DNA of 64,000 nucleotides. Source: Vulcanimicrobiota bacterium. Its GTDB lineage: Bacteria > Vulcanimicrobiota > Vulcanimicrobiia > Vulcanimicrobiales > Vulcanimicrobiaceae. Shown piece after piece: positions 49,945 through 58,897 of this stretch. The notes beneath the pieces are model-generated. The model was not told the DNA's origin. It did no database searches and saw only the letters and a program-made list of their open reading frames with translations. Where the stretch lies: positions 224,001 to 288,000 of the forward strand of contig CAWGBN010000009.1 of the NCBI GenBank assembly GCA_963820825.1. The letters are read 5' to 3'. The translations under genes and the position numbers were made by a program. Numbering within the stretch: position 1 is the first letter of the stretch; every line of letters starts with the position of its first letter.

Positions 49945-50747
49945 GCCGCCGGTTCGAGAACAAGGTCTCGCTCATCACCGGCAGTTCGCGCGGGATCGGC
50001 CGGGCGCTCGCCTTGACGCTTGCGCGCGAGGGCGCCTCGGTCGTCGTTAACTACGTGCGCAACGCCGATCTCGCGGCACAAACCGTCCGCGATATCGAGG
50101 CGCTCGGCACGCGGGCAATCGCCGTGCAGGCGAATATGGAGACGGTCGAGGAGATCGATCTGCTCTTCGACGCGGTCGAAGCGGAGTTCGGCCGGCTCGA
50201 TCATTTCGTCTCGAACGCCGCGGCCAGTTCGTTCAAGAAGATCCTCGACCTCAAAGCGAACAATCTCGATCGCTCGTTCGATCTGAACGTTCGCGCCTTC
50301 GTCCTCGGCGCGCAGAGGGCCGTCAAGCTGATGAAGGACGGCGGACGCATCGCCGTACTTTCGAGCTATGGAAGCATTCGCGCCTATCCCACCTATGCGA
50401 ATCTCGGCTCGAACAAGGCGGCGGTCGAAGCATTCGTGCGGTACATGGCCGTCGAGTTCGCGCCGCGCGGCATCAACGTCAACGCGATCAACGGCGGGCT
50501 TATCGACACCGAATCCTGCGCCTACTTCTACGAGCGGGTTGCGGGGATGGCACCGATCGAGTCGGTGCTCTCCAAGGTCCCCAAAGGGCGCATGGGCACG
50601 ACGCAAGAGGTCGCCGACACGATCGCGTTCCTGCTCGCTCCCGAGTCGGAGTACATCACCGGTCAGACGATCTGCGTCGACGGCGGCTTGAGCGTTATCG
50701 CGCCGCCGTTTTACTCCGATACCTCGCCGCCCCTCTCGCTGACGTAG
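49941..50747 (+). CDS. chcA: 1-cyclohexenylcarbonyl-CoA reductase-like SDR
   Basis: [57 protein letters not shown]. Closely matches my recollection of Streptomyces ChcA, and the gene position agrees. Confidence 0.8.
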   Translation: MSRRFENKVSLITGSSRGIGRALALTLAREGASVVVNYVRNADLAAQTVRDIEALGTRAIAVQANMETVEEIDLLFDAVEAEFGRLDHFVSNAAASSFKKILDLKANNLDRSFDLNVRAFVLGAQRAVKLMKDGGRIAVLSSYGSIRAYPTYANLGSNKAAVEAFVRYMAVEFAPRGINVNAINGGLIDTESCAYFYERVAGMAPIESVLSKVPKGRMGTTQEVADTIAFLLAPESEYITGQTICVDGGLSVIAPPFYSDTSPPLSLT

Positions 50748-50755
50748 CCGCGCTG

Positions 50756-52774
50756 GTGTTCGAACACGCGCTCGCGGCGGGTTCGATCGGCTCGCTGCGA
50801 CTTCGCAATCGCATCGTGATGGGCTCGATGCATTTGGGCATCGAGCGAGACGGCGCGGCGCTGGCCGCCTTTTACGCCGAGCGCGCGCGAGGCGGCGCGG
50901 GCTTGATCGTCACCGGCGGCTCGTCGGTCAGCCGGGTCGGCGCAGGCGGGCGCAACTACAGCTTCATCAACGATCCGCAGAGCGCCGCCCCGCTGCGCCA
51001 AGCCGTAACGGCCGTGCACGAAGCGGACGGGCGAATTGCGTTGCAGCTCTTTCATGCCGGCCGTTACGCGCTCTACGCATCGTTCGGATTGCAGCCGGTC
51101 GCGCCGTCGGCGATTCCATCGCGCTTCTCCCCCGATCCGCCGCACGCGCTGAGCGACGAAGAGATTCACGAAACGATCGGCGATTTTGCGCGCGGGGCGG
51201 CGCGCGCGCGCGAGCTCGGCTTTGACGCGGTTGAAGTGATGGCTTCCGAGGGCTATCTCCTCAACGAGTTTCTCTCGCCGCTCACCAACCGCCGCGACGA
51301 CGCCTGGGGCGGCGACTTGCAACGGCGCATGCGCCTGCCGCGCGAGGTCTTAGCCGCGATCCGCGCGAGCGCCGGCGCCGATCTTCCCGTCATCTTCCGA
51401 ATCTCCGGTGCCGACCTAATGCCCGACTCGACGAGCCCGGGCGAGACGCTCGATTTTGCGCGCGCGCTCGCCGCGGACGGCGTCGACGCGCTCAACGTCG
51501 GCATCGGCTGGCACGAGTCGGCCATTCCTACCGTCCAGCATCTCGTCCCCAGCGGCGTCTGGGTCCGGTACGCGGCTGCAGTCAAAGCTGCCGTCGGCAG
51601 CGTTCCGGTGATCGCCAGCAATCGCATCAACTCGCTCGCCGCCGCGCAAGCCGTACTCGCCGCGGGGAGCGTCGACTTCGTCTCGATGGCGCGTCCGTTT
51701 CTCGCCGACGCGCAGATCGTTGCCAAGGCGGCGCGCAACGAATCGCAGCTCGTCGACACGTGCATCGCCTGCAATCAGGCATGCATCGATCTCTCGCTGC
51801 TCGATGCGCCGGTCTCGTGCATGGTCAATCCTCGCGCCGGCCGCGAACTCGAGTTCCCCGAACCCGGCAGCGCGCCGGAGCGGCCGCGCCGGTTTGCCGT
51901 GATCGGCGGCGGGCCGGCCGGAATGGAGAGCGCGCGCGCCCTCGCCGCGCTCGGGCATCGCGTCGAACTCTTTGAAGCGCAAGGCGAGCTCGGCGGCCAG
52001 TTTCGAATGGCACGGCGCATCCCCGGCAAGCGTGACTTCGGCGAGACGATTCGTTACTTCACCAACGAACTCGCTCGACTCGGCGTGGTGGTGCATTTCG
52101 ATTGCCGGCTTCGCGACGCGAGCGCACTGCGCGCGTTCGATGCCGTTGTCCTCGCGTCGGGAGTGCTGCCGCGGCGAGTCGCGCTTGAAGGAAGCACGCT
52201 TCCGCACGTCGTTTCGTATGCCGACGTCCTATCGAACGGTTGCGCGGTCGGCGAACGCGTTGCCATCGTCGGCGCGGGCGGAATCGGCGCCGACGTCGCG
52301 CATTTCTTGAGTTTCGGAGAGGTAAACGTCGACGAGACGACGCGCTTCCTTTACGAACAGGGATTGGCGGCGCCGGCGGACGGCGCGCTGCTGGTGACCG
52401 GACGCAAGCGCGTTGCGCTGATGCGCCGCGGACCGACCATCGGTGAAGGCATCGGCAAAACGACGCGCTGGGCCGTCGTCCGCGCGTTACGCGCCGCGGG
52501 AGTCGAGGCGCTGCCGAACGTCGCGTACGAAGCGATCGTTCCGGGCGGCATTCGCGTGCGAGCCGCCGACGGTTCGTCGCGAACGATTCCCGCGGATACG
52601 GTCGTGATCGCGGCGGGTCAGGAACGAAACGACGCGCTGCTCGAACCAATCCGCGCGCTCGGGGTTCCGTATCGCGTCGTCGGCGGCGCGCGAGAGGCGA
52701 TCGAACTCAACGCCGTGCGCGCATTCGAAGAGGGTCTGCGCGCCGCGTACGAGCTCGCACGCTTCGTCTCCTAA
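50756..52774 (+). CDS. 2,4-dienoyl-CoA reductase (FadH-type; AnsM/PlmM-like)
   Basis: NRIVMGSMH, EGYLLNEF, GIGWHE, CIACNQACID Fe-S motif, GGGPAG, GKTTRW. Confidence 0.92.
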   Translation: MFEHALAAGSIGSLRLRNRIVMGSMHLGIERDGAALAAFYAERARGGAGLIVTGGSSVSRVGAGGRNYSFINDPQSAAPLRQAVTAVHEADGRIALQLFHAGRYALYASFGLQPVAPSAIPSRFSPDPPHALSDEEIHETIGDFARGAARARELGFDAVEVMASEGYLLNEFLSPLTNRRDDAWGGDLQRRMRLPREVLAAIRASAGADLPVIFRISGADLMPDSTSPGETLDFARALAADGVDALNVGIGWHESAIPTVQHLVPSGVWVRYAAAVKAAVGSVPVIASNRINSLAAAQAVLAAGSVDFVSMARPFLADAQIVAKAARNESQLVDTCIACNQACIDLSLLDAPVSCMVNPRAGRELEFPEPGSAPERPRRFAVIGGGPAGMESARALAALGHRVELFEAQGELGGQFRMARRIPGKRDFGETIRYFTNELARLGVVVHFDCRLRDASALRAFDAVVLASGVLPRRVALEGSTLPHVVSYADVLSNGCAVGERVAIVGAGGIGADVAHFLSFGEVNVDETTRFLYEQGLAAPADGALLVTGRKRVALMRRGPTIGEGIGKTTRWAVVRALRAAGVEALPNVAYEAIVPGGIRVRAADGSSRTIPADTVVIAAGQERNDALLEPIRALGVPYRVVGGAREAIELNAVRAFEEGLRAAYELARFVS

Positions 52775-53521
52775 CTAGGCGTACCGCTTTCGTTCGTCGC
52801 GCCGGTAGCCGATCGCCGCAATCGCCGCGAAGGTCGCCGTGTAGAGCGCCAGCCCCGCGAGCGCGCGCATCGCGTTACTATCGCTGCCGATGACGCTCCA
52901 TAAGAGATCGGCGAACTGCCGCGTCGGCAGATACGGTGAGATCTTGGCGACGGCGCTCGGAAGCTCGTCGGGCGGCATCCAGAGGCCGCCGGCGTAGGCG
53001 AGCAGCAGATTGGCGGCCGTCGCGATCGGCACGGCGGCGCGCGCCGACGTCCAATAGCCGATCGAGATGCCGATCAGAACGAACGGCACCCCGCCAAAGA
53101 ACGCGTAGATCAATACGCGCAGCCACTGCTCGAGCCCGAGATCGATCGGGGTAAAGGCTCGCGCGACGAGCGCGACGACGAGCGCGGTCAAGATTCCAAA
53201 GAGCACCGCGGTTAGGATGCGCGCGGCGAAACGAACGAGCACCGGAACGGCGAGCGTGCGAAGATAGCGCTCCCACGGGCGGCCTCGCTCCTGCGCGATG
53301 CCGACGCCGAACTGATAGAGCGTCACGCCGACGATTGCGAAGACGATAAACGCCAGCGTCGTGAAGTTCGCGATCTCGGCGCTGCGACGCGCAAACGGCA
53401 GGTCGAATAGTACGAAGAACATCGCCGGAAAGAGCACGGTCGGCACGACGTAGCCCGGCCAGCGAAGGAGATCGAGAAAGTCGATCCGCGTATGGGCGCG
53501 CAGCAGCGTGAAAGAACTCAT
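52775..53521 (-). CDS. ABC-2 exporter permease
   Basis: Six hydrophobic helices, GGLWMP, YLPT. Confidence 0.85.
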   Translation of the reverse strand: MSSFTLLRAHTRIDFLDLLRWPGYVVPTVLFPAMFFVLFDLPFARRSAEIANFTTLAFIVFAIVGVTLYQFGVGIAQERGRPWERYLRTLAVPVLVRFAARILTAVLFGILTALVVALVARAFTPIDLGLEQWLRVLIYAFFGGVPFVLIGISIGYWTSARAAVPIATAANLLLAYAGGLWMPPDELPSAVAKISPYLPTRQFADLLWSVIGSDSNAMRALAGLALYTATFAAIAAIGYRRDERKRYA

Positions 53522-54345
53522 TGGACACTCCCGGTGAGCGAGAGAAATGCTTCTTCGAGCGACGGATGCACGATCTCGAGCTCCGAAAACGCGATTCCAT
53601 CTGCGACCATCGCGCGCACGTAGGCGTCGGCGTCGCCGGTCGACACGGAGACGGGGCCGTCGCTTCCGATGTAGGTCAGTCGCCGGCCGCCGACGCGTTC
53701 GCGCAACGCCTGCGGCGTGCCGTCGAAGAGCAGCCGGCCGCGATCGATGACGACGATCCGAGTGGCGAGCTCGTGCGCCTCATCGAGATAGTGCGTCGTA
53801 AAGAGAACCGAGCGGCCCGAACCCAAATCGCGTACCGCCTGCCAGAGCCTGCGCCGCGATTCGACGTCGAGTCCGGTGGTCGGCTCGTCGAGGACGGCCA
53901 ACTCCGGATTCCCCGCGAAGGCCAATGCAAGCGCGAGGCGGCGCGACTCTCCGCCCGAGAGCGTTCCGGCGCGCCGTTTTGCGAGCGCCTCGAGGCCGAA
54001 CCGCGCGAGCGTTTCACCGGCGGCCGCCGGACTCGGATAATGTGCCGAGACGAACGAAACGATCTCGTCGACGCGCAGCATGTCGGGAAAACCGCTCTCC
54101 TGCGGCGTGACGCCGAGGCGCCGGCGAGTGGCGACGTCGCGCGGCGAGCCGCCGAAGAGGGCGACGCGACCGGAGTCAGCGCCGCGCAGGCCAAGTGCGA
54201 TCTCGAGCGCAGTCGTCTTACCGGCACCATTGGGGCCGAGCAGGGCGACGATCTCGTCGCGGCAGACGTGCAACGTCAGCGAGTCGAGCGCGCGAATCTC
54301 GCCGTACGACTTCGAGACGCCGTCAAAGGCAAGAATGCTCTCCAT
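53518..54345 (-). CDS. ABC transporter ATP-binding protein
   Basis: GPNGAGKTT, LSGGE, LDEPTTGLD, TTHYLDEA. Confidence 0.94.
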   Translation of the reverse strand: MESILAFDGVSKSYGEIRALDSLTLHVCRDEIVALLGPNGAGKTTALEIALGLRGADSGRVALFGGSPRDVATRRRLGVTPQESGFPDMLRVDEIVSFVSAHYPSPAAAGETLARFGLEALAKRRAGTLSGGESRRLALALAFAGNPELAVLDEPTTGLDVESRRRLWQAVRDLGSGRSVLFTTHYLDEAHELATRIVVIDRGRLLFDGTPQALRERVGGRRLTYIGSDGPVSVSTGDADAYVRAMVADGIAFSELEIVHPSLEEAFLSLTGSVQ

Positions 54346-54348
54346 CGT

Positions 54349-54627
54349 CTACGTGGCTTCTTTCAACAGCGCTTGGAGTTGGCTCACGTGCGCGGCAAAG
54401 GCGTCACGCCCGCGTTGTGTCAGCCGATAGCGCGTGAGCGGCCGGCGATTGACGAAGCTCTTCTCCTCCTCGACGTACCCGGCGTCGACGAGCTTGCCGA
54501 TATGCGCGCCGAGATTGCCGTTACTGACGTCGAGCGAGCGCGCGAGCTCGGAGAACGCGACCCAGTCGAAGTTCAAGAGCTCGGCAACGATGCCGAGACG
54601 CACTTTGGAGAGGAGCAGCTCGTCCAC
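54349..54627 (-). CDS. Small winged-helix transcriptional regulator
   Basis: RLGI, GNLGAHIGKL, GYVEEEKSF..RRPLTRYRLT..GR. Confidence 0.85.
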   Translation of the reverse strand: MDELLLSKVRLGIVAELLNFDWVAFSELARSLDVSNGNLGAHIGKLVDAGYVEEEKSFVNRRPLTRYRLTQRGRDAFAAHVSQLQALLKEAT

Positions 54628-54642
54628 GCGCTTGCGGCCGTA

Positions 54643-55221
54643 TTAGTCGCGAGCGAGCAGCTCGGCGACGCCGAAGCCGGCGTATCCCGCGAGCATGCCT
54701 GCGGCGAGAATATATGCGGCCATACCCGGTTGCGCGAAGTTCGCCGCGATCATCGAGACGACGACGAAGACTCCGGCAATCTGCGCGCGGCGATTACCGT
54801 GCATTCCGATATAGAGCAGGACGATCGCCTGAGCGACGCTCCAAATCGCCGCCGCGGCGATTCCGTTGAAGATTCGGTAGATCGCAATGTTCGCGATGAA
54901 GGCGAGCCCGAGCGTGAGCCAGAGAACGTTGAAGAACTCGCGCTGTAAGAGCGAGGTGCGCGCGAACGAGCGGCCCGTGCTGCGGCCGCGAAGGATCGAG
55001 AAGAGCACGGCGGCGGCGAGCACGACCGGCGTCGACCAGATCGCCGCACCGGGGATCCAGCCGATCCCGACGAGGTGAACGCAGAGCGTCACGTAGGCCG
55101 AGGCGATCCCCCAAACGACGAAGTACTCCCCGCCGGAACATAGGCGCGGCTGGGCCTCCGCCAAGATTCGCTCGACCATTTCGATGTGGTCGCGCGCCCG
55201 GGCAGCATCGATCCGTTCCAT
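54643..55221 (-). CDS. Membrane protein
   Basis: GGAGG RBS before ATG 55221; six hydrophobic segments. Confidence 0.75.
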   Translation of the reverse strand: MERIDAARARDHIEMVERILAEAQPRLCSGGEYFVVWGIASAYVTLCVHLVGIGWIPGAAIWSTPVVLAAAVLFSILRGRSTGRSFARTSLLQREFFNVLWLTLGLAFIANIAIYRIFNGIAAAAIWSVAQAIVLLYIGMHGNRRAQIAGVFVVVSMIAANFAQPGMAAYILAAGMLAGYAGFGVAELLARD

Positions 55222-55222
55222 C

Positions 55223-55426
55223 TCACACCTCCTGGGCGAGCAGAAGCCCGAGCGCGGCGACCCCGCAGACGACCCAAACGGCGACCTGAGCCAGTGCGTC
55301 GGGGCCGGCCAGACGCCAGAGTATCGCCGCACCGGCTCCGAAGAGCGCCCAGATCGCAAAGAGGCGGCCGAGGCAGAGCCTGGCGGCCGATCCCGGGACT
55401 CGGGTTTCTAGAATAATCTGTTTCAT
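55223..55426 (-). CDS. Small membrane protein
   Basis: 67 aa, two hydrophobic segments, first gene of the operon. Confidence 0.55.
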   Translation of the reverse strand: MKQIILETRVPGSAARLCLGRLFAIWALFGAGAAILWRLAGPDALAQVAVWVVCGVAALGLLLAQEV

Positions 55427-55436
55427 AGACTACTCT

Positions 55437-55478
55437 GTTTTAGCATAGCTTGAGGCCGGCGTCAAGATTTGCTATCGT
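55437..55478. promoter_or_regulatory. Overlapping divergent promoters within an imperfect palindrome
   Basis: Plus strand TTGAGG-N17-TATCGT, minus strand TTGACG-N17-TAAAAC; both have a TGn extension. Confidence 0.55.
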
Positions 55479-55487
55479 ACCGGGGTT

Positions 55488-55802
55488 ATGTACGCGATCA
55501 TTGAGTCGGGCGGCAAGCAGTATAAGGTTGCCGAGGGCGATGTAATCCGCTGCGATTTGGTCGCGAGCGAGGTTGGTTCGGATGTGACCTTCGACCGGGT
55601 CGTTCTCGCCGGAAGCGGGGAGACGGTCAAGGTCGGCGCCCCGACCCTCGACGGGGCCAGCGTTTCGGGCACCGTTTTACGGCAGGCGAAGGACAAGAAA
55701 ATTTTGGTCTTCCGCTACAAGCCCAAGAAACGGGTCCGCAAGCTCAACGGCCACCGTCAGCCTTACGCCGAAGTCAAGATCACCAAAATCACGCTTCCGT
55801 AA
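55488..55802 (+). CDS. rplU: 50S ribosomal protein L21
   Basis: MYAIIESGGKQYKV, FRYKPKK, GHRQPY. Confidence 0.98.
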   Translation: MYAIIESGGKQYKVAEGDVIRCDLVASEVGSDVTFDRVVLAGSGETVKVGAPTLDGASVSGTVLRQAKDKKILVFRYKPKKRVRKLNGHRQPYAEVKITKITLP

Positions 55803-55818
55803 CGGCTCTCTGCCGCCA

Positions 55819-56208
55819 ATGCTCGAGGTGACCTTCTACCGGGACGAACGCGATCGAGTCTCGGGCGTTTCGGCCCGCGGCCACGCCGATTACGAAGATC
55901 ACGGCAAGGACATCGTCTGCGCGGCGGTCTCCGCCGTTCTGCAGGCTGCGCACCTCGGTTTAAGTTCCTACGCCGGGGCGAAGGTCAGCGCCAGGCAAGT
56001 ACCGGGTGAGATGGAGTTGTCGTGGCCGAAGGATGAAGGCGATCGCGAGAGCGTCCGCGCAATCGTGGCAACGGCCGAGTTGGCGGTCGAGCAGATCGCC
56101 CGCCGGTTTCCCAAGAACGTTCGTTTGAAGCAGGTTCGCACGCCGGGACGCACGGGCGCCGGACGGGTAAGAGCCTTGTCGGACCGAAGGAGAGTTCACG
56201 ATGTCTGA
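55819..56208 (+). CDS. prp: Ribosomal-processing cysteine protease Prp
   Basis: GHA...G.DIVCAAVS catalytic motif; directly after rplU. Confidence 0.9.
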   Translation: MLEVTFYRDERDRVSGVSARGHADYEDHGKDIVCAAVSAVLQAAHLGLSSYAGAKVSARQVPGEMELSWPKDEGDRESVRAIVATAELAVEQIARRFPKNVRLKQVRTPGRTGAGRVRALSDRRRVHDV

Positions 56209-56488
56209 GAGTTTCCGCACCACGCCGCCGGACCAGCCTTGGTCGGGCACGTCGAATACCGGTAACGGCTACCAAGGCAGCCTCGGCGAGCGAGCCTCGC
56301 ACGACGCCGACGACGCCGGCGAGACCGGGAAGGTTCTACTGGTCGGCGTGCTCGGCGGATTGCTCTCCGCCGCGGGATATCTTATCTACCGCCGCCTCCC
56401 CGAGGAGCAGAAGCAGCGCATCCACGCGCAGGTTCGCTCGGTGGTGGCTCAGCGGATTAACGAGATTCGCCAGAATCTAAACCTTTAA
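56201..56488 (+). CDS. Hypothetical single-pass membrane protein
   Basis: AAGGAG RBS; one hydrophobic helix; not L27. Confidence 0.65.
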   Translation: MSESFRTTPPDQPWSGTSNTGNGYQGSLGERASHDADDAGETGKVLLVGVLGGLLSAAGYLIYRRLPEEQKQRIHAQVRSVVAQRINEIRQNLNL

Positions 56489-56765
56489 ACGGCAGTTCGG
56501 GCTGATTCTCCGGTGCGGCGTCTTGCGCCGCCGCACTTTCGTGCCAGGGCGGATCGTACGGCCCGGTCTCGCGCCACGGGGGCGGCGAAGCCGGCGGCTC
56601 GTGCGAGTCGGCGGCTCGCTCCATCTCCGCGATGAACGATTGCGACGTGTTCTGAACGTCGCGCATGAAGCGGCCCGCCTGGCGCATCACCTTCGGCAGC
56701 CGGTCGGGGCCGAAGAGCAAGAGCCCGAGGACGCCGAGTACGAGGATATCGGGTACGGAGAACAT
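56457..56765 (-). CDS. Twin-arginine translocase TatA/TatB family subunit
   Basis: MFSVPDILVLGVLGLLLFGPDRLP followed by an amphipathic helix. Confidence 0.88.
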   Translation of the reverse strand: MFSVPDILVLGVLGLLLFGPDRLPKVMRQAGRFMRDVQNTSQSFIAEMERAADSHEPPASPPPWRETGPYDPPWHESAAAQDAAPENQPELPFKGLDSGESR

Positions 56766-56814
56766 TGGATGGGAGGGCTTACCTGCGTAGCCGTGCAAGC
56801 ATCAGGGCCCGCCC

Positions 56815-57297
56815 GTGAAGATCATTTATACGCGCGGCAACCGCACCGAGACTCTTGCCTCGCTCGCGACGCTGCGGAAAATTCTCAACCGGTTTGTGGC
56901 GCACCGCGTCTTCTACGAAGTCTCGAGCCGCAGCAAACGCGGGCACGAGTTCTTTTCGGCCAAGAACGTCTTCGTGGTCGGGCTCATCGAAGTAACGAAC
57001 TTCGAGCATCTCAAGATTCTGTTCTTCGACGCGAACAGCCAGCAACACTCGCTCGAGATTCTCAATCCGCAGACGATGCGCATCTACGACGAGATGCCCG
57101 GACGCGGCTTTGCCGTTTCGTTCATCAGCGGTGACGGCGAGGGCGTTGAGACGCGCTGCTACATCCGCGACGAGGGTGCCGACGGCGACGCCATTCACGA
57201 GCGCACGGCCCTGGAGAAGATCACCTTGCCGCAGCTCTTCGAATACCTGGAAGAGATTACCGCCGCCGAGCCCGCTTCCAACCACGTACAGCGTTAG
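56815..57297 (+). CDS. Hypothetical protein
   Basis: 160-aa ORF with protein-like composition filling the gap. Confidence 0.7.
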   Translation: MKIIYTRGNRTETLASLATLRKILNRFVAHRVFYEVSSRSKRGHEFFSAKNVFVVGLIEVTNFEHLKILFFDANSQQHSLEILNPQTMRIYDEMPGRGFAVSFISGDGEGVETRCYIRDEGADGDAIHERTALEKITLPQLFEYLEEITAAEPASNHVQR

Positions 57298-57724
57298 CGC
57301 GGCGCTCGAGCCGCTGCGCGGTTCGTAACGCGCGCACGCCGTCGGCGATTCGCCCGGCACGCTTATAGGCGACTCCCAAGTTCAAATACGCGACTGCGTA
57401 ATCGCCGTCCGACGCAATCGCGCTCTCGTACCAAACGATCGCGGCCTCGACCCGGCCTTCTTCGAGCAGTAAATTCCCCAGGTTCGTCAGCGCCGGTGCG
57501 TATGCCGCACGTGCCTCCAGTGCAGCGGCGAAATCGGCGCGTGCGAGCTCCCGCAGGCTCAGCCCGATCCTCGCGACGCCGCGTTTGTTGAGCAGAAACG
57601 CGCGTTCGCCGGCAGCGAGCCGTTCCGAGGCGAGCAGCTCGTCGAGCGCGGTCTGCGCGCGCTCGAACTCGCGGCGATCGAGGGCCTGCAGCGCAAAAGC
57701 AAATCGAGGTTCATCCCGAAACAC
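57257..57724 (-). CDS. TPR-repeat protein
   Basis: GTG 57724 with GGAGG RBS; LNKRGVA, ALTNLGNL and AYLNLGVAY TPR motifs. Confidence 0.8.
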   Translation of the reverse strand: MFRDEPRFAFALQALDRREFERAQTALDELLASERLAAGERAFLLNKRGVARIGLSLRELARADFAAALEARAAYAPALTNLGNLLLEEGRVEAAIVWYESAIASDGDYAVAYLNLGVAYKRAGRIADGVRALRTAQRLERRANAVRGWKRARRR

Positions 57725-57733
57725 GCACCCTCC

Positions 57734-58444
57734 ATGTTCACGATCGACGTCGTCACGCTCTTTCCCGAGCTCTTCGCGCCCTTCGTCGGTCTCTCGATCG
57801 TCGGCCGTGCCGTCGAAAGCGGAACCGTCTGCGTCCGCTATCACCATCTGCTTGAGGAGCTCGCCGCGGAGGAGCGTGCCGACGATGCTCCCTTCGGGGG
57901 CGGTCCGGGCATGGTGCTTCGAATCGAGCCGATCGCCCGGGTACTCGACCGGATCGCCGGGGAGGCCCCGCTCAACGAGCGGCGGACGATTGCGGTGCCC
58001 TCGCCGAGCGGCGAGCGATTTACCCACGCGGTCGCACAGCGCTGGGCGGAGCTCGACCGGCTCGTCGTCGTCTGCGGCCACTACGAAGGCATCGACGACC
58101 GGCTCGCGCGGCTCTATCCGGTCGAGGAACACTCCTTGGGAGACTTCGTCCTGACCGGGGGCGAGATTCCGGCGCTCGCCTTTATGGACGCCACCGTACG
58201 CCTGCTGGCCGGCGCCCTTCGCCCGGGATCGCTCGAGAGCGAATCCTTCACCGGCGGCTTGCTCGACTACCCGAGCTTCACGCGGCCGGCGAGCTTTCGG
58301 GGTATCGACGTTCCGGCGGTTCTGCTCTCGGGCGATCACGCCAAAATCGCGCAGTGGCGCCGGGAACAGTCGCGCCAGCGCACTGCGGCGCGCCGTCGCG
58401 ACCTGCTCGACGATACCGCCTTGCAGGGCCCGGAAGGCCCATGA
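57734..58444 (+). CDS. trmD: tRNA (guanine37-N1)-methyltransferase
   Basis: TLFPE, DDAPFGGGPGM, CGHYEGID, GDFVLTGGE, LLSGDH. Confidence 0.96.
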   Translation: MFTIDVVTLFPELFAPFVGLSIVGRAVESGTVCVRYHHLLEELAAEERADDAPFGGGPGMVLRIEPIARVLDRIAGEAPLNERRTIAVPSPSGERFTHAVAQRWAELDRLVVVCGHYEGIDDRLARLYPVEEHSLGDFVLTGGEIPALAFMDATVRLLAGALRPGSLESESFTGGLLDYPSFTRPASFRGIDVPAVLLSGDHAKIAQWRREQSRQRTAARRRDLLDDTALQGPEGP

Positions 58445-58480
58445 TAGGATACGTTGGTTCTGCCGGGCTCCGCGCCCGGC
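58421..58480 (+). promoter_or_regulatory. Putative rplS promoter and leader hairpin
   Basis: TTGCAG-N18-TAGGAT with a TGn extension; hairpin GCCGGGC-TCCGC-GCCCGGC. Confidence 0.45.
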
Positions 58481-58490
58481 TCTTCCTTGC

Positions 58491-58532
58491 GCCCCTTCGC
58501 CTACGGCGCTTCGCGCCTCGCTCAGGATGACA
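58491..58532 (-). repeat. REP-like repeat upstream of rplS
   Basis: Minus strand TGTCATCCTGAGCGAGGCGCGAAGCGCCGTAGGCGAAGGGGC. Confidence 0.65.
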
Positions 58533-58540
58533 CAACTACG

Positions 58541-58894
58541 ATGAACGTGATTGACGTACTTAACCGCGAACAGCTCAAGGACGGCATTCCGGAGTTTCGC
58601 CCCGGCGATACCGTCAAGGTCTACTCCAAGGTCCTCGAAGGTGGCAAAGAGCGGACGCAGATGTTCGAAGGCGTCGTGACCGTTCGCAAGGGCGGCGGCG
58701 CCGGCGAATCGATCACGGTCCGGCGCATCGCGCACGGCGTCGGCGTCGAGAAGACGTTTCTTCTGCAGAGCCCGCGCGTCGAGCGCATCGAGGTCGGCAA
58801 GCGCGGCGTCGTTTCGCGAAGTCGGCTCTACTACCTGAGCGAGAAGGTCGGTAAGGCCGCGCGCATCAAGGAAAAGAAAGCCAAAGGAACCTGA
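58541..58894 (+). CDS. rplS: 50S ribosomal protein L19
   Basis: [39 protein letters not shown]. Confidence 0.97.
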   Translation: MNVIDVLNREQLKDGIPEFRPGDTVKVYSKVLEGGKERTQMFEGVVTVRKGGGAGESITVRRIAHGVGVEKTFLLQSPRVERIEVGKRGVVSRSRLYYLSEKVGKAARIKEKKAKGT

Positions 58895-58897
58895 CCC

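Noticed and set aside
44460..52774. Type II PKS or NRPS cluster
   Set aside because: No ACP, chain-length factor, condensation domain or cyclase in the window.
52775..55426. ABC exporter as part of the CHC cluster
   Set aside because: Convergent orientation, with its own regulator and promoter; adjacency alone is insufficient.
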